64,000 nt of DNA, from the NCBI GenBank assembly GCA_963745365.1, contig CAVUXC010000014.1, positions 46,247 to 110,246 of the forward strand, read 5' to 3'. How positions within the stretch are numbered: position 1 is the first letter of the stretch; each line of letters opens with the position of its first letter. The notes beneath the pieces were generated by a model. That model made no database searches. It was given only the letters and a program-made list of their open reading frames with translations, and was not told the DNA's origin. The stretch comes from an uncultured Actinomycetes bacterium (GTDB taxonomy: Bacteria > Actinomycetota > Thermoleophilia > Solirubrobacterales > 70-9). The position numbers and the translations under genes are program-made. This document shows positions 19,490-29,653 of this stretch, in pieces.

Positions 19490-19849
19490 TCAGGCTCGCT
19501 CGAACGGGCGCCGCTCGGGCGATCCGAGCTCATCGAGGAGCTGCTCCAGGGCGAGGTGCACGTCGCAGGGGTTGGGCTGCGAGTGCTGGGCCACGATCGA
19601 GACCGAGGTCCCGAAGCCCTTCTCGGCGAGCTCCATGGCGATCCGGGCAGGCCCCGCCTCGGTTCCGCTCGTGCGCCAGGCGAGCAGGCGCTCCCGCTCG
19701 CGGTGGGTGACCTCGACCGAGACGGATTGCGACCTGCCGACGATGCCCGCCATCCACCCTTCCATGCGTGCGAGGTCGTCGGCCAGCTCCCAGAGCTCGG
19801 GCGCGGACTTGACCAGCGTCCGCTTGGTCTTCGATTCCATGGCCCCGGG
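19490..19849 (-). CDS. small hypothetical protein (possibly SRPBCC-like)
   Basis: ATG 19849. MESKTKRTLVKSAPELWELADDLARMEGWMAG... starts like SRPBCC/START-fold proteins. High GC3. It lies 10 nt upstream of the HD-GYP-like gene. Confidence 0.45.
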   Translation of the reverse strand, partial: PGAMESKTKRTLVKSAPELWELADDLARMEGWMAGIVGRSQSVSVEVTHRERERLLAWRTSGTEAGPARIAMELAEKGFGTSVSIVAQHSQPNPCDVHLALEQLLDELGSPERRPFERA

Positions 19850-19948
19850 CTTCTGCCATCCGCAGCCGACTCCTTCCGCGGGGGGACGATTGCAGATCGG
19901 ATACCAGCACAGGCGCCGGCGCGGGCGAATAGGCTCTCCACCCTCCGA

Positions 19949-21499
19949 ATGGCGACGCGGGAACAGCCAGAGGCGAGCGGCTCCCCCGCTGCCGCTCCGC
20001 TGTCGGCGGCGCGCGAGTTCGCCTCGCGCCATGCGCTGCTCCTGATCGTCGCGCTCGCCGCGGTGGCGAGGTTCGCGACCCTGGACACGCCGACCTTCTG
20101 GTTCGACGAGTCGCTGACCGTCATCGAGACCAGGAAGACCGTGGCGGGGATGTGGGACGCGATCCGCGAGGTGGAGGTCAACCCGCCCGTCTACTTCTTC
20201 GTCGCCTGGATCTGGCGGAAGTTCCTCGGCGAGGGAGAGATCGCGCTGCGTGCCCTCTCGGCGCTGCTGGGGACGGCGACCGTGCCGGTCATGTACGCGG
20301 CGGCCAGGGAGCTTGCCTCGCGTCGCGCCGGGCTGATTGCGGCGGCCCTGACGGCCACCAGCCCGCTCCTGATCTGGTACTCGCAGGAAGTCCGCACGTA
20401 TCCGCTTCTGGTCTTCCTGTCGGCGCTCTCGTTCATGTTCTTCGTCTATTCCCTGAACAGGAAAGAGCCGCGGTGGCTCGTCGGCTGGGCGGTGGCTTCG
20501 GCGCTGGCGCTGGGGACGCACTACTTCGCCGTCATGGTGGTCGTGCCGGAGGCGGCGTGGCTTCTGTATCGCGCAGCCGCACCTCGATTTCGGGCCATGC
20601 TGGCCGTCGCCGGCGTCGGGTGCGCCGGCCTCGCCCTGCTTGCCCTATACGACGCGCAGCAGGATCACTCAGTAACCCCTGGTGGCTGGATCTCCTTCCT
20701 CGACCGCTCGGACCGCCTGCTGGCGGCGCCGCAGCATTTCGTGGCCGGCCTCAGCGTTCCGTGGCAGGCCCTACCCGAGCTGATCGGCGCGGTCCTCGTC
20801 GCCGCCGTGGCCTACGCGCTGGTTAAAGCGGATCGCCCCACCCGCAAGGCGTTCGCCCTCGCGGGCGGCGTCGCCGTGGCCGGGGCGCTGCTTGCCGTCG
20901 TTCCGGGTTACTTCGACCACGACCGGGACTACGTGATCACGCGGAACGTGATCGAGTTGTGGGTGCCGTTCGCCGTCGCCGTCGCCGTGGCCCTGGGGCG
21001 CGGGCGGCCGGCTTCCTGCGGGCCGGCCGTCGTCGTGGCGCTGGGCGCCCTCGGGCTTGCCCTGAGCATCTGGAACACCGCGACGCCCGAGGCCCGGCGG
21101 GTGGACTGGGACGACGTCGCGCGGGCCATCGGCGAGCCCCGTCAGCAGAGGGTGATCGGCGCGCCGGGCGGGCTCGAGGGCGCGCCGCTTTCCCTTCAGC
21201 TCTCCGGAGCGCACGTCGCCAAGCCGGGAGAGGGCATCTTCGCCACGGAGCTCGTCCTGCTGTGGATGCGGCCGGTCAAGAACTACGGCATCGGCCCCTG
21301 CGTCTGGGGGGCGGACTGCGGCGGAATGGTCCTCGGAGGGCCCGGGCCGCCGTTCAAGCCCCGGCGGCCGTTCAGGCTCGTCGACGAGGGCTCGACGCCT
21401 CGCCTGTTGTTCAGGATCTACCGCTCCCCGCGGCCGGTTCGGTTCGCGCCCCCCAAGGCCCCCGGGCAGCGCAACATCGTCGTCCAGGCGCCCGGCTAG
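19949..21499 (+). CDS. GT39/ArnT-like membrane glycosyltransferase (PMT_2-type)
   Basis: ATG 19949. An N-terminal polytopic region carries FWFDESLT (DE motif in the first loop), NPPVYFF and LIWYSQEVRTYPL, followed by a C-terminal soluble domain. Confidence 0.75.
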   Translation: MATREQPEASGSPAAAPLSAAREFASRHALLLIVALAAVARFATLDTPTFWFDESLTVIETRKTVAGMWDAIREVEVNPPVYFFVAWIWRKFLGEGEIALRALSALLGTATVPVMYAAARELASRRAGLIAAALTATSPLLIWYSQEVRTYPLLVFLSALSFMFFVYSLNRKEPRWLVGWAVASALALGTHYFAVMVVVPEAAWLLYRAAAPRFRAMLAVAGVGCAGLALLALYDAQQDHSVTPGGWISFLDRSDRLLAAPQHFVAGLSVPWQALPELIGAVLVAAVAYALVKADRPTRKAFALAGGVAVAGALLAVVPGYFDHDRDYVITRNVIELWVPFAVAVAVALGRGRPASCGPAVVVALGALGLALSIWNTATPEARRVDWDDVARAIGEPRQQRVIGAPGGLEGAPLSLQLSGAHVAKPGEGIFATELVLLWMRPVKNYGIGPCVWGADCGGMVLGGPGPPFKPRRPFRLVDEGSTPRLLFRIYRSPRPVRFAPPKAPGQRNIVVQAPG

Positions 21500-21504
21500 A
21501 CCCG

Positions 21505-23187
21505 CTAGAAGAACGCCCCGCCCTTGTACTCGCCGAACACCTCCCGCATCGCGCCGCAGACCTCGCCGACCGAGGCGCCGGCGCGCAGCGCGTCCTTGAT
21601 CGGGTAGAGCAGGTTGCCCTCGCCCTCGGCGACCTCACGGAGGCCCGCGAGCCGCCCGTCCACCGCCGCTTGGTCGCGGCCCTCCTTGAACCGCTTCAGG
21701 CGATCGAGCTGGCGCCGCTCGGCCTCCGGGTCCACCCGCAGGATCTCGACGTCGTCGACCTCCTCCGTCACGTACTTGTTGACGCCGACGATGACGTCCT
21801 GGCCGCTGCGAGAGCGCTCGTGGTAGGAGGCCGCTGACTCCTCGATCTCACGCTGGATGAACTCGAGCGCCTGCACCGAGCCGCCCAGCTGATCCACCTT
21901 GTCGATCAGCTCCCAGGCGCGTGTCTCGATTTCGTCCGTGAGCGACTCGATGAAGTGGGAGCCGGCGAACGGGTCGGCGCTGTCGGCGGCGCCAGACTCG
22001 TGGGCGATCACCTGCTGGGTGCGGAGCGCGATCCGTGCCGAGCGCTCGGTGGGCAGCGCCAGCGCCTCGTCGAAGCCGTTCGTGTGGAGCGACTGGGTGC
22101 CGCCGCAGACAGCCGCGAAGCCCTGGAGCGCCACCCGGATGATGTTCACCTCGGGCTGCTGCGCCTGGAGCGTGACGCCGCCGGTCTGGGTGTGGAACCG
22201 GATCATCTGCGCGCGCTCGTCGGTGGCGCCGAAGCGCTCCCGCATGATCCGCGCCCACATCCGCCGCACGGCCCGGAACTTGGCGATCTCCTGGAAGACG
22301 TTGTTGTGGCAGTTGAAGAAGAAGGCGAGCCGGGGGCCGAAGTCATCGACCGCTAGGCCCCTGTCCAAGGCGGCCTCGACGTAGGCGATCGCGTTGGCGA
22401 GCGTGAAGGCGACCTCCTGGACCGCCGAGCAGCCCTTCTCGCGGATGTGGTAGCCGGAGATCGAGATCGTGTTCCACTTCGGGACCTGCTTGCGGCAGTA
22501 CTCGAAGATGTCGGTGGTCAGGCGCATGGTCGCCTCGGGCGGGTAGATGTAGTTGCCGCGGGCCACGTACTCCTTCAGCACGTCGTTTTGGACCGTGCCA
22601 CGGAGCTGCTCGGCGCCGACCCCCTGCTCCTCGCCCACGAGCTCGTAGAGCAGCAGCAGGATCGCCGCGGGGGCGTTGATCGTCATCGAGGTCGAGACCT
22701 CGTCGAGGGGGATCTGGTCGAAGCAGATCCGCATGTCCTCGATGGTGTCGATCGCAACCCCGGTCCTGCCCACCTCGCCCAGGCATAGGGGCTCGTCGGA
22801 GTCGCGGCCGAGCTGGGTCGGCAGGTCGAAGGCCATCGAGAGCCCGGTCGAGCCGTGCTCGATCAGGTAGCGGTAGCGGCGATTGGTCTCCTCGGCCGTC
22901 GCGTAGCCGGCGTACTGGCGCATCGTCCACAGCCGGTCGCGGTACATCCCGGTGTGGATGCCGCGCGTGAACGGGTACTCGCCGGGCTCGCCAAGGCGCT
23001 CCTCGAGCCCGGGTCGCACGTCGTCGGCGTCGTAGACGCGCTTCACCTCGATCCCCGAGTCCGTGAACCGGCGCTCGTCCTCGGGGCCGACCAGGGGCGC
23101 GATGTAGCGGTGCAGGTCCTCCTCGACCGCCCGCTCCTGCTGGGCGCCGTCCTCGGCGCTGGCCCGCTTCTGCGAACGGGTGGCCAT
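21505..23187 (-). CDS. methylmalonyl-CoA mutase family, large (catalytic TIM-barrel) subunit without B12-binding domain
   Basis: 560 aa. [31 protein letters not shown] and [13 protein letters not shown] are conserved mutase motifs. No cobalamin-binding DxHxxG segment is present. Confidence 0.9.
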   Translation of the reverse strand: MATRSQKRASAEDGAQQERAVEEDLHRYIAPLVGPEDERRFTDSGIEVKRVYDADDVRPGLEERLGEPGEYPFTRGIHTGMYRDRLWTMRQYAGYATAEETNRRYRYLIEHGSTGLSMAFDLPTQLGRDSDEPLCLGEVGRTGVAIDTIEDMRICFDQIPLDEVSTSMTINAPAAILLLLYELVGEEQGVGAEQLRGTVQNDVLKEYVARGNYIYPPEATMRLTTDIFEYCRKQVPKWNTISISGYHIREKGCSAVQEVAFTLANAIAYVEAALDRGLAVDDFGPRLAFFFNCHNNVFQEIAKFRAVRRMWARIMRERFGATDERAQMIRFHTQTGGVTLQAQQPEVNIIRVALQGFAAVCGGTQSLHTNGFDEALALPTERSARIALRTQQVIAHESGAADSADPFAGSHFIESLTDEIETRAWELIDKVDQLGGSVQALEFIQREIEESAASYHERSRSGQDVIVGVNKYVTEEVDDVEILRVDPEAERRQLDRLKRFKEGRDQAAVDGRLAGLREVAEGEGNLLYPIKDALRAGASVGEVCGAMREVFGEYKGGAFF

Positions 23188-23234
23188 CCGCGCCCAAGGA
23201 TAGGCGCTTTCCGGCGCCCTCAGGCTGGGACGGG

Positions 23235-24189
23235 CTAGGTGCCGGTGCTCATCTCGTCGTAGTCGGCCGCGTACCGGTCCCGGTGAAGCTCGTACTCCCT
23301 TGTTCCCTCAGCCCCCTCGCCGCCGCCGACCGCGTAGCCCACGAGCTCCCCCGCGGCGCTCCCGGCGAGCGTCAGCAGGGTCAGCGGCAGCGTCGGAACG
23401 ATAAGCCTGGCATGTCCCGTGCGACGCATGGCGGCGATCACCCGGCGCAAGCGCACCAGGACGATCAGCGGCGAGCCCGCGGCGTAGAGCGCTCTTCGCG
23501 CGCCCGGCCAGCCCCGCGAGCGCGAGGTTGCGAAGCCGCGGCTGTAGTGAAACCACTGCACGATCGAGGGAACGAGCCTGCTCGGGGAGACGTGCCGGCT
23601 CATCGCCGCAGGCTCGAGGTAGAGGGCGTATCCGCGCCGCTGGAGGTCCTTGTGGAGAAGCCACTCGGCGTCCAGCATGCGCTCGAGCTCGGGGCCGTAG
23701 TCGAGCAACAGGGCGCGCTTGTATGAGCTGTTGTGTCCCGGGAGGTCGTCCGCGGGCCCGGGTGCGACGGGCGGGACCCACTGTCCGTAGTCGACCATGA
23801 AGTCGACCCAGCCGGCGCTTCCGGTTCGGTGGGGGTTGACCATCGCGGGGCCGACCGCGGCCCATGCCCCGCTGTGCGCGGCGATCAGCGCCTCCGCCCA
23901 GCCGGGCTCCGGGAAGGAGTGCGACTCGGCGAAGGCGACAACGTCTGATGCGGCGGCGCGAACGCCCGCGGCCCGTGCACGTGAAAGGGAGGTCGTGTCG
24001 GCTTCGACGACCCGCACCGAGTGAAAGCCCTCCAGCTTGCTGTCTTGGCCCGAGAGCGCCGCGCGCGTGGGCCGCCACCAGCACCAGCTCGATCGACCCC
24101 CGAGCGGTCTGCCGCCCCAGGCTGGCGACTACCTGCTCGATCGTCTCGAACCGGTCCGTCGGCAGCACCACCGAGATTTCCGGCTTCAA
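23235..24189 (-). CDS. family 2 glycosyltransferase, frame broken as assembled
   Basis: N-terminus (TTG 24189) [28 protein letters not shown]...[11 protein letters not shown] is in ORF 23308..24189. The continuation [32 protein letters not shown]... is in ORF 23235..24017. An extra g sits near 24055-24062. TTGA overlap with the upstream gene. Confidence 0.7.
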
Positions 24190-25291
24190 CTCGAGCCGTC
24201 CAGCGCCGCGCTCAGGTCTCGCGGAGCCTCCGAGATCCCGACCGTCCGGCCTTGAGCGTCTGACGCGACCGCCGCCAGCGCCACCTGAAGCGCCTCTTGC
24301 CCGTCATCCAGTTCGCAGAGCAGCGGCTCGCCGTTACGAACCGCCGCCAGAAACCGCTCCCACTGGCGCTGGTAGGAGAGCGGGAACTCGCCGCCCTGCC
24401 GGATCGTGCGCAGTCCCTGCGGAAGCTGTGCGAGCGCTTCGCGCATGCGGCGGGCGCGAGCTCCCAGGTCGCCGGGGAAGGCGGACGACGGCGTGAACCT
24501 CAGCCCGTCGTATTCGAGCGGCGACAGCTCGAGGCGGCCGCCAGGTCCCTGCACGGTCAGCTGGTTGATCGTCGTCGGAGAGTCGACGAACGCCGTGGAG
24601 ACCAGCGCCCCTCCGCTCAGTCGCGCCGAGATCGACGCCCCCACGTCTCCCTGCGCGCCTCGGCGGGTCAGCGCGCTCACCTCCTCGACCTCGTCGCCCG
24701 TGAGCAAGGCGCCAAAGGTCGTAGTGGTGTGGCGCCGTCTCGAACAGCGGGCTGCCGCCACGCCGCCGATCCGCCTTCCAGCTCCGCCGCTCGCGAGTGC
24801 CTCCGTGCTGGTGGCCGTCGCCGCTCAGGACCCCGTGCACGGCCTCGATCGATCCCACCAGCCCGCTCGAGAGCAGCTCGCGTGCGCGGCCAACGAGCGG
24901 GTGGGCGCGCAGGTTAAAGCCGACGCAGGCCTTCGCGGCCGTCGCACCTGCGGCGGCGATCATGCGGTCGGCGTCGGCGAGGCTCGTGGCCAGCGGCTTC
25001 TCGACCAGCACGTGCTTTCCGGCCTGAAGCGCGGCGATCGTCACCGCGGCGTGATCGGTGGCGGGCACCAGCACACCGACGACCTCAACGGCCTGATCGG
25101 CGAGTAGCTCCTGCGGCTCGCGGTAATTGCGCGGGCACGCCGAAGCGCTCGGCCAGGTGCCGCGCGCGATCGCGGTCGAGGTCGGCGACGGCGACCACCC
25201 GGGCACAGCCGAGGCGCGTGAGGACCGGCAGGTGGCGCAGCTCGGCGACGTGGCCACAGCCGATCAGTCCGACGCCAGCCGGCTCGCTCAT
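24186..25291 (-). CDS. Gfo/Idh/MocA-family NAD(P)-dependent oxidoreductase, two frame breaks as assembled
   Basis: ATG 25291, MSEPAGVGLIGCGHVAELRHLPVL (Rossmann). It continues NYREPQELLADQAVEVVGVLVPATDHAAVTIAALQAGKHVLVEKPLA in ORF 24334..25257, and LLTGDEVEEVSALT...EPLLCELDDGQEAL in ORF 24186..24761. Breaks lie near 25130 and 24710. Confidence 0.7.
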
Positions 25292-26240
25292 CGCCGCGGT
25301 CCTCCGTGGGGGGTCGCGAGCACCGCTTCCCAGGCGAACCCGGCCGCCGTAGACGCCTGCCAAGCGACCAGCAGGGCAAGGGAGGTGAAGTCTCGCCGGG
25401 CGGCGAGCCTCCAGCACGGTTTCGCGGACGGGGCCTCGGTAGAAGGACCAATCGAATCCGCTCAATCTCGAGCCCGCGGCGCCAGCGCGCCCGCTGGTAA
25501 GCAAACGCTCCACGCCCGTAGCCGAAATGCTTGCGGCAGAAGCCGGGCAGGGTCGTGGGGGTTGCGTGACGGATCACCGCCTCCGGGACGAAGGTCATCC
25601 CGAAACCCCGCTCGACCCAGCGGTCGCAGAGCTCACGGTCCTCGGAGATGCTCAGCTGCGGGTTGAATCCCCCGAGCATCCGGAAGCGATCGGCGGGCAG
25701 GGCCAGGTTGTTGGCGGCGAAGAAACGTGCCCCGCGCGGCAGGCGGTCGCTCTGGTGCGCGTAGGCGAGGTCCAGGATCAGTCCGCCAGCCCTGGCGTAC
25801 GGATTGGTGGCCGACATCGAAACGGTCCTACCGCCAAGCGCGTCACCCGGCACCGCCGCGTGGCGAGTGGCCAGCGCCCGCAGCCAGCCGGGCTCGGGCT
25901 CCGTGTCGTCGTCGGTGAACGCGACCAGCTCGCCGTCCGCTCTGGCGGCGCCCTCGTTGCGCGCCGCCGACCTGCCCGCGAACGGCCGCTCGAAAGCGCG
26001 GAGCTGGAGGCGGTCACGGTACTTGGCGGCCATCCCGCGGAGCTCCGAGTCCCCGCCGTCCTCGACCACGATCACCTCGAAGCGCTCAGGCGGATAGTCC
26101 TGCGCGGCGAGGCTCTCGAGGCAGGCGGCCAGGCGCTTCGGGCGGTCCCGGGTCGCGATCACCACCGAACAGGTTGGAGCTGTGTCCCCGACTGCCTGAC
26201 GCGTCGATCCCGCACGCGTACGTAGGCCAGTGTCTGCCAA
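25288..26240 (-). CDS. family 2 glycosyltransferase, two frame breaks near the 3' end as assembled
   Basis: CSVVIATRDRPKRLAACLESLAAQDYP...VIVVEDGGDS...AFTDDDTEPEPGW (DxD) ...ISEDRELCDRW. The tail needs switches near 25485 and 25400 to reach ...RDFTSLALLVAWQASTAAGFAWEAV...RR* at TGA 25288-25290, which forms ATGA with the next gene. Start TTG 26240 is tentative. Confidence 0.65.
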
Positions 26241-26264
26241 GGGCCACAGGCTACATTCCGGCCC

Positions 26265-27185
26265 GTGACCACGACGCACATGGCCCAGCGCGGGGCGCTT
26301 CCGAACCTGATTGTGATCGGAGCGGCCCAATGCGGCACGAGCGCGCTCCACTACTACCTCGACCTCCATCCGGAGATCCGGATGTCGAGCCCGAAGGAGC
26401 TGAACTTCTTCGTCACCGACGGCGACCTGGTGCGAGCGCCGTTTCCCCCTCTCCCGCCGCTGCGGCCACCGCAGAGGCCGGTATCGAGCTGGAGTCGGGG
26501 CGTCGACTGGTACGCGTCGCAGTTCCACGCCACGGCTCCGGTCCGGGGCGAGAGCTCGGTCTCCTACACGTTCCCCTGGTGTCCGGGGATAGCGGAGCGC
26601 ATGGCCTCGGTGGTGCCCGCGGCGAAACTCATCCTCATGGTCCGCGATCCCGTCGAACGCCTGCTCTCGCAATACCTCAACTACCGCGGCCTGCGGCGCG
26701 AGCGGCGCCCGCTCGCCGAAGCGGTCTCCGGCCCGAACAACGCCTACGTGGCGCGCAGCCAGTACGCGGCGAACCTGCGCCCGTACCTGGAACGGTTCCC
26801 CCGGTCCAGGATCCACCTTGAGCGCCAGGAGGAGCTTCTGGGGCGCCGGCGAGAGGCGATGCGGCGGATCTTCGCCTTTCTCGAGGTGGACGAAGGCTTC
26901 TGGTCGCCCAGCATGGAGCGGCTTCGCAACACATCAGGCCGCAAGGGGGGCGCGTACCGGCTCGCCGAGCGTCTCCGGCGCCGGCGCGTCGTCGCGCCGC
27001 TCTACGGGCTGCGACCGGAGGCGAAGTGGCGGATCGAGCGATTGGTGGCCAGGGGGCGGCGGGCAGCCGAGCGGCCGGCAGTCGAGCCGGCCCTGCGCCG
27101 CAGGCTGGTCGCCGAGCTTGAGAGCGACGTCGCCGAGCTCGAGGAGCTGACGGGCTGGGATCTGTCAGCGTGGCGGGCGGCCTGA
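26265..27185 (+). CDS. sulfotransferase-family protein (PAPS-dependent type)
   Basis: The N-terminal PAPS 5'-phosphosulfate-loop-like segment reads LIVIGAAQCGTSALHYYL. The 3'-phosphate motif reads LILMVRDPVERLLSQY. The start is GTG 26265 or ATG 26280. Confidence 0.8.
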   Translation: MTTTHMAQRGALPNLIVIGAAQCGTSALHYYLDLHPEIRMSSPKELNFFVTDGDLVRAPFPPLPPLRPPQRPVSSWSRGVDWYASQFHATAPVRGESSVSYTFPWCPGIAERMASVVPAAKLILMVRDPVERLLSQYLNYRGLRRERRPLAEAVSGPNNAYVARSQYAANLRPYLERFPRSRIHLERQEELLGRRREAMRRIFAFLEVDEGFWSPSMERLRNTSGRKGGAYRLAERLRRRRVVAPLYGLRPEAKWRIERLVARGRRAAERPAVEPALRRRLVAELESDVAELEELTGWDLSAWRAA

Positions 27186-28430
27186 GCCGCGCCGCGACGC
27201 CACAGCCGCCTCCGCGACCTCGGCCAGGCGCTCGGCGACGGACGGGTAGGAGTAGGCGCTGCTGGCCCCCGGCTCCGGCGCCGTCAGCTCGCCGGCGACC
27301 AGGCGCCGCAGCGCCCCCACGATCGCCTCCACGTCGTCGGCGGGCACCGCGGCGCCGCCGGTCTCCTCGACCACTCTTCCCGCCTCGGTTCCGGCGGCCA
27401 GCGCCAGGATCGGCCGCCCGGCCGCCAGGTACTCGAACAGCTTGAAGTTGAGGAGCTGGGTGCGCTGGGGCGAGGCGAGCAGCAGCAGCGCGCCCGCGGC
27501 GCGCTGTAGGGCCAGAGCCCGATCGCGGGGCAGGCTGCCGGCCACCCGGATCCGGGCCGGCGAGACGTCGGTGCGCATCAGCTCGGCCTCCGCCGGGGTC
27601 AGGGGACCCGCGACCACCAGCTCCAGCCCGGAGGCGACGGCGGGGTCGGATCGGGCCAGCTCCCCCAGGGCTTGGACCAGCGCGCCGGGGTCGCGCCCGT
27701 AGCTGCCGAAGCGACCCGTGTAGACGAGCGAGAGGCGCTCTGGGTCCAGGATGCCCCCGGCGTCTCCTCCCGCACCGGGCTCGACCAGGTCGGGGTCCCA
27801 GCCGTTCGGGACGAGGCGCGGCTCGATCCCGAGGCGGGCTCGCAGGTCGTCGGCAGCCGGACGGCTGACGCAGACGACCGCGTCGGCCGAGCCCAGCCAG
27901 CGTCTTTCCAGGCGCTCGTCGAGCCGGCGCTGGAGGGCGGTGGGGAAGGGCGGCCGGATCGGCTCGAAGGTCCAGGCGTCGCGCAGGTCGGCCACCCAAG
28001 GGACGCCGCGCCGCGCCAGCGCCCGGCCCACTGCGTGGACCGATTCGGGCGGCGAGCTGGTAATCACGCAGTCGAACCGCTCGCGGCGGTTCAGCCGCAG
28101 TGCCCGCGACCGCGCAAACGGTGCCCAGGCGGCCACCAGCGGCTCGGGCACCAGCACCTTGCTCAGGGGGTGCGGCTTGCCCGAGTAGGTGTCGGAGTCG
28201 AACAGGGCGTCGACGCGATCGTGGCCGTGCAGCCGCGCGCGCAGGCGCTGGAGGTCGATGGTGCGCACCACGCCCTCCTCGGCGGGGGCATCGCCGGCGC
28301 CGTAGGCGGAGGTGGTCAGGACGGTGACGCGATGTCCCAGCCGCCGCAGCCACTTCGCCATCGCCGCGGGACGGTGGGCGCCGGTGTCGCGGCACGGGGG
28401 ATAGAAGTAGGCGACGAGGAGCAGGTTCAT
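27165..28430 (-). CDS. family 4 (GT-B) glycosyltransferase
   Basis: ATG 28430, [20 protein letters not shown]. The C-terminal half reads FKLFEYLAAGRPILA. It forms an ATGA overlap with the upstream GT4. Confidence 0.8.
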   Translation of the reverse strand: MNLLLVAYFYPPCRDTGAHRPAAMAKWLRRLGHRVTVLTTSAYGAGDAPAEEGVVRTIDLQRLRARLHGHDRVDALFDSDTYSGKPHPLSKVLVPEPLVAAWAPFARSRALRLNRRERFDCVITSSPPESVHAVGRALARRGVPWVADLRDAWTFEPIRPPFPTALQRRLDERLERRWLGSADAVVCVSRPAADDLRARLGIEPRLVPNGWDPDLVEPGAGGDAGGILDPERLSLVYTGRFGSYGRDPGALVQALGELARSDPAVASGLELVVAGPLTPAEAELMRTDVSPARIRVAGSLPRDRALALQRAAGALLLLASPQRTQLLNFKLFEYLAAGRPILALAAGTEAGRVVEETGGAAVPADDVEAIVGALRRLVAGELTAPEPGASSAYSYPSVAERLAEVAEAAVASRRGSGRPPR

Positions 28431-29653
28431 CCCAGCTTCTCCCGGCGCGTGGCGATCGCCTCCGCATAGGCATCTTCCATCCGGTCCAAGAGCCGCGGCC
28501 AGCCCCACAGCCGCTCGGCCTTCTCGCGACCCGCCGCGCCCATCCGCGCGCGGCCGGCTGGGCCCGCCTCGATCAGCGCTCGGATCGCCGCGGCCACTGC
28601 CTCGGGGTCTCCGGGCTCGGCGAGCAGGCCCGTATCGCCTTCGTCGATGACCGCCCGCACCCCGGGGAACTCGCTCGCGATCGTGGGCAGCCCGCAGGCC
28701 ATCGCCTCGATCAGAACGATCCCGAACGACTCGGGCGGCTCGGTGGTGAGCAGGAAGAGGTCCGCGCCGCGGAGCACGCCCGGCAGCTCGGCGTGCGCGA
28801 TCGGGCCCAGGAAGTGGACGCGGTCGCCGACCCCGGCGGCCCTCGCCTGCTCGCGGAACCGGTCGAGCAGCTCGCCGCCCCCGGCGACGACCAGGTGCAC
28901 CGGCGGCGCCTCATCCCCAGCTTTGGAGTCCGCTGCCAGCCGCGCGATCGCCTCGATCGCCAGGTCGAGCCGCTTGAAGTGGTGGGCTCGGTCGAGGGTG
29001 GCGACGAAGGCGGCCACCAGCGCCTCATCCGGGATGCCGAGCGAACCATGCGGCCCCGCCTCATCCCCGCCCGGTGCGAACAGCTCCGTGTCGACGCCGT
29101 TCGGCATCTCGAGCAGCTTCCCGGGGTGACGCTCGCCAGTCCGCCGCAGGTAGGGGACCGAGCCCGCGTGGTCTGCCGAGAGCACGCAGACCCGGTCGGC
29201 CGCGCGGACCAGCAGCGGCGCCACGGTGTGCTCATACCCCTCGAACAGCGCCCCCCGCGCGCCCCTTCCGATCAGCCGGTTCTTGTAGTGGACGAGCAGG
29301 GCCTGGCGCCTGCGCTTGCGCCCCAGGCGGCCGAGCAGGGTCAGCTCGGAGCCGAAGATGAACGGATAGTGGACGTGGACGAGGTCGAAGCCGTCGATCC
29401 GGGCCAGGCTGGGGATCAGTGGTGCGTTGCCGAATGCGAGCAGGGGCTCGATCCGGTGCACGACCGCCTGCCCTGGATCGGGCGGCTCGCCCGCAGCCGG
29501 CGCGGTGAACACCTCCACCTCGTGGCCGCGCTCGGCCTGGCCCGTCGCGAAGCGGTAGCAGGTGTTGCCGGCGCCGCCAGGGTAGGGCGGGAAGGTCGCC
29601 GTCAGATGGGCGATCCGTAAGCGGCCGCTGCGTGACGCCGGGCCGGCGCTCAA
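28427..29653 (-). CDS. family 4 (GT-B) glycosyltransferase
   Basis: [18 protein letters not shown]..., and the EX7E-like region [37 protein letters not shown]. The first usable start is TTG 29653, overlapping the uxs-like stop (TTGA). The 728-aa ORF 28427..30613 runs antisense-frame through the next gene. Confidence 0.8.
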   Translation of the reverse strand: MSAGPASRSGRLRIAHLTATFPPYPGGAGNTCYRFATGQAERGHEVEVFTAPAAGEPPDPGQAVVHRIEPLLAFGNAPLIPSLARIDGFDLVHVHYPFIFGSELTLLGRLGRKRRRQALLVHYKNRLIGRGARGALFEGYEHTVAPLLVRAADRVCVLSADHAGSVPYLRRTGERHPGKLLEMPNGVDTELFAPGGDEAGPHGSLGIPDEALVAAFVATLDRAHHFKRLDLAIEAIARLAADSKAGDEAPPVHLVVAGGGELLDRFREQARAAGVGDRVHFLGPIAHAELPGVLRGADLFLLTTEPPESFGIVLIEAMACGLPTIASEFPGVRAVIDEGDTGLLAEPGDPEAVAAAIRALIEAGPAGRARMGAAGREKAERLWGWPRLLDRMEDAYAEAIATRREKLG

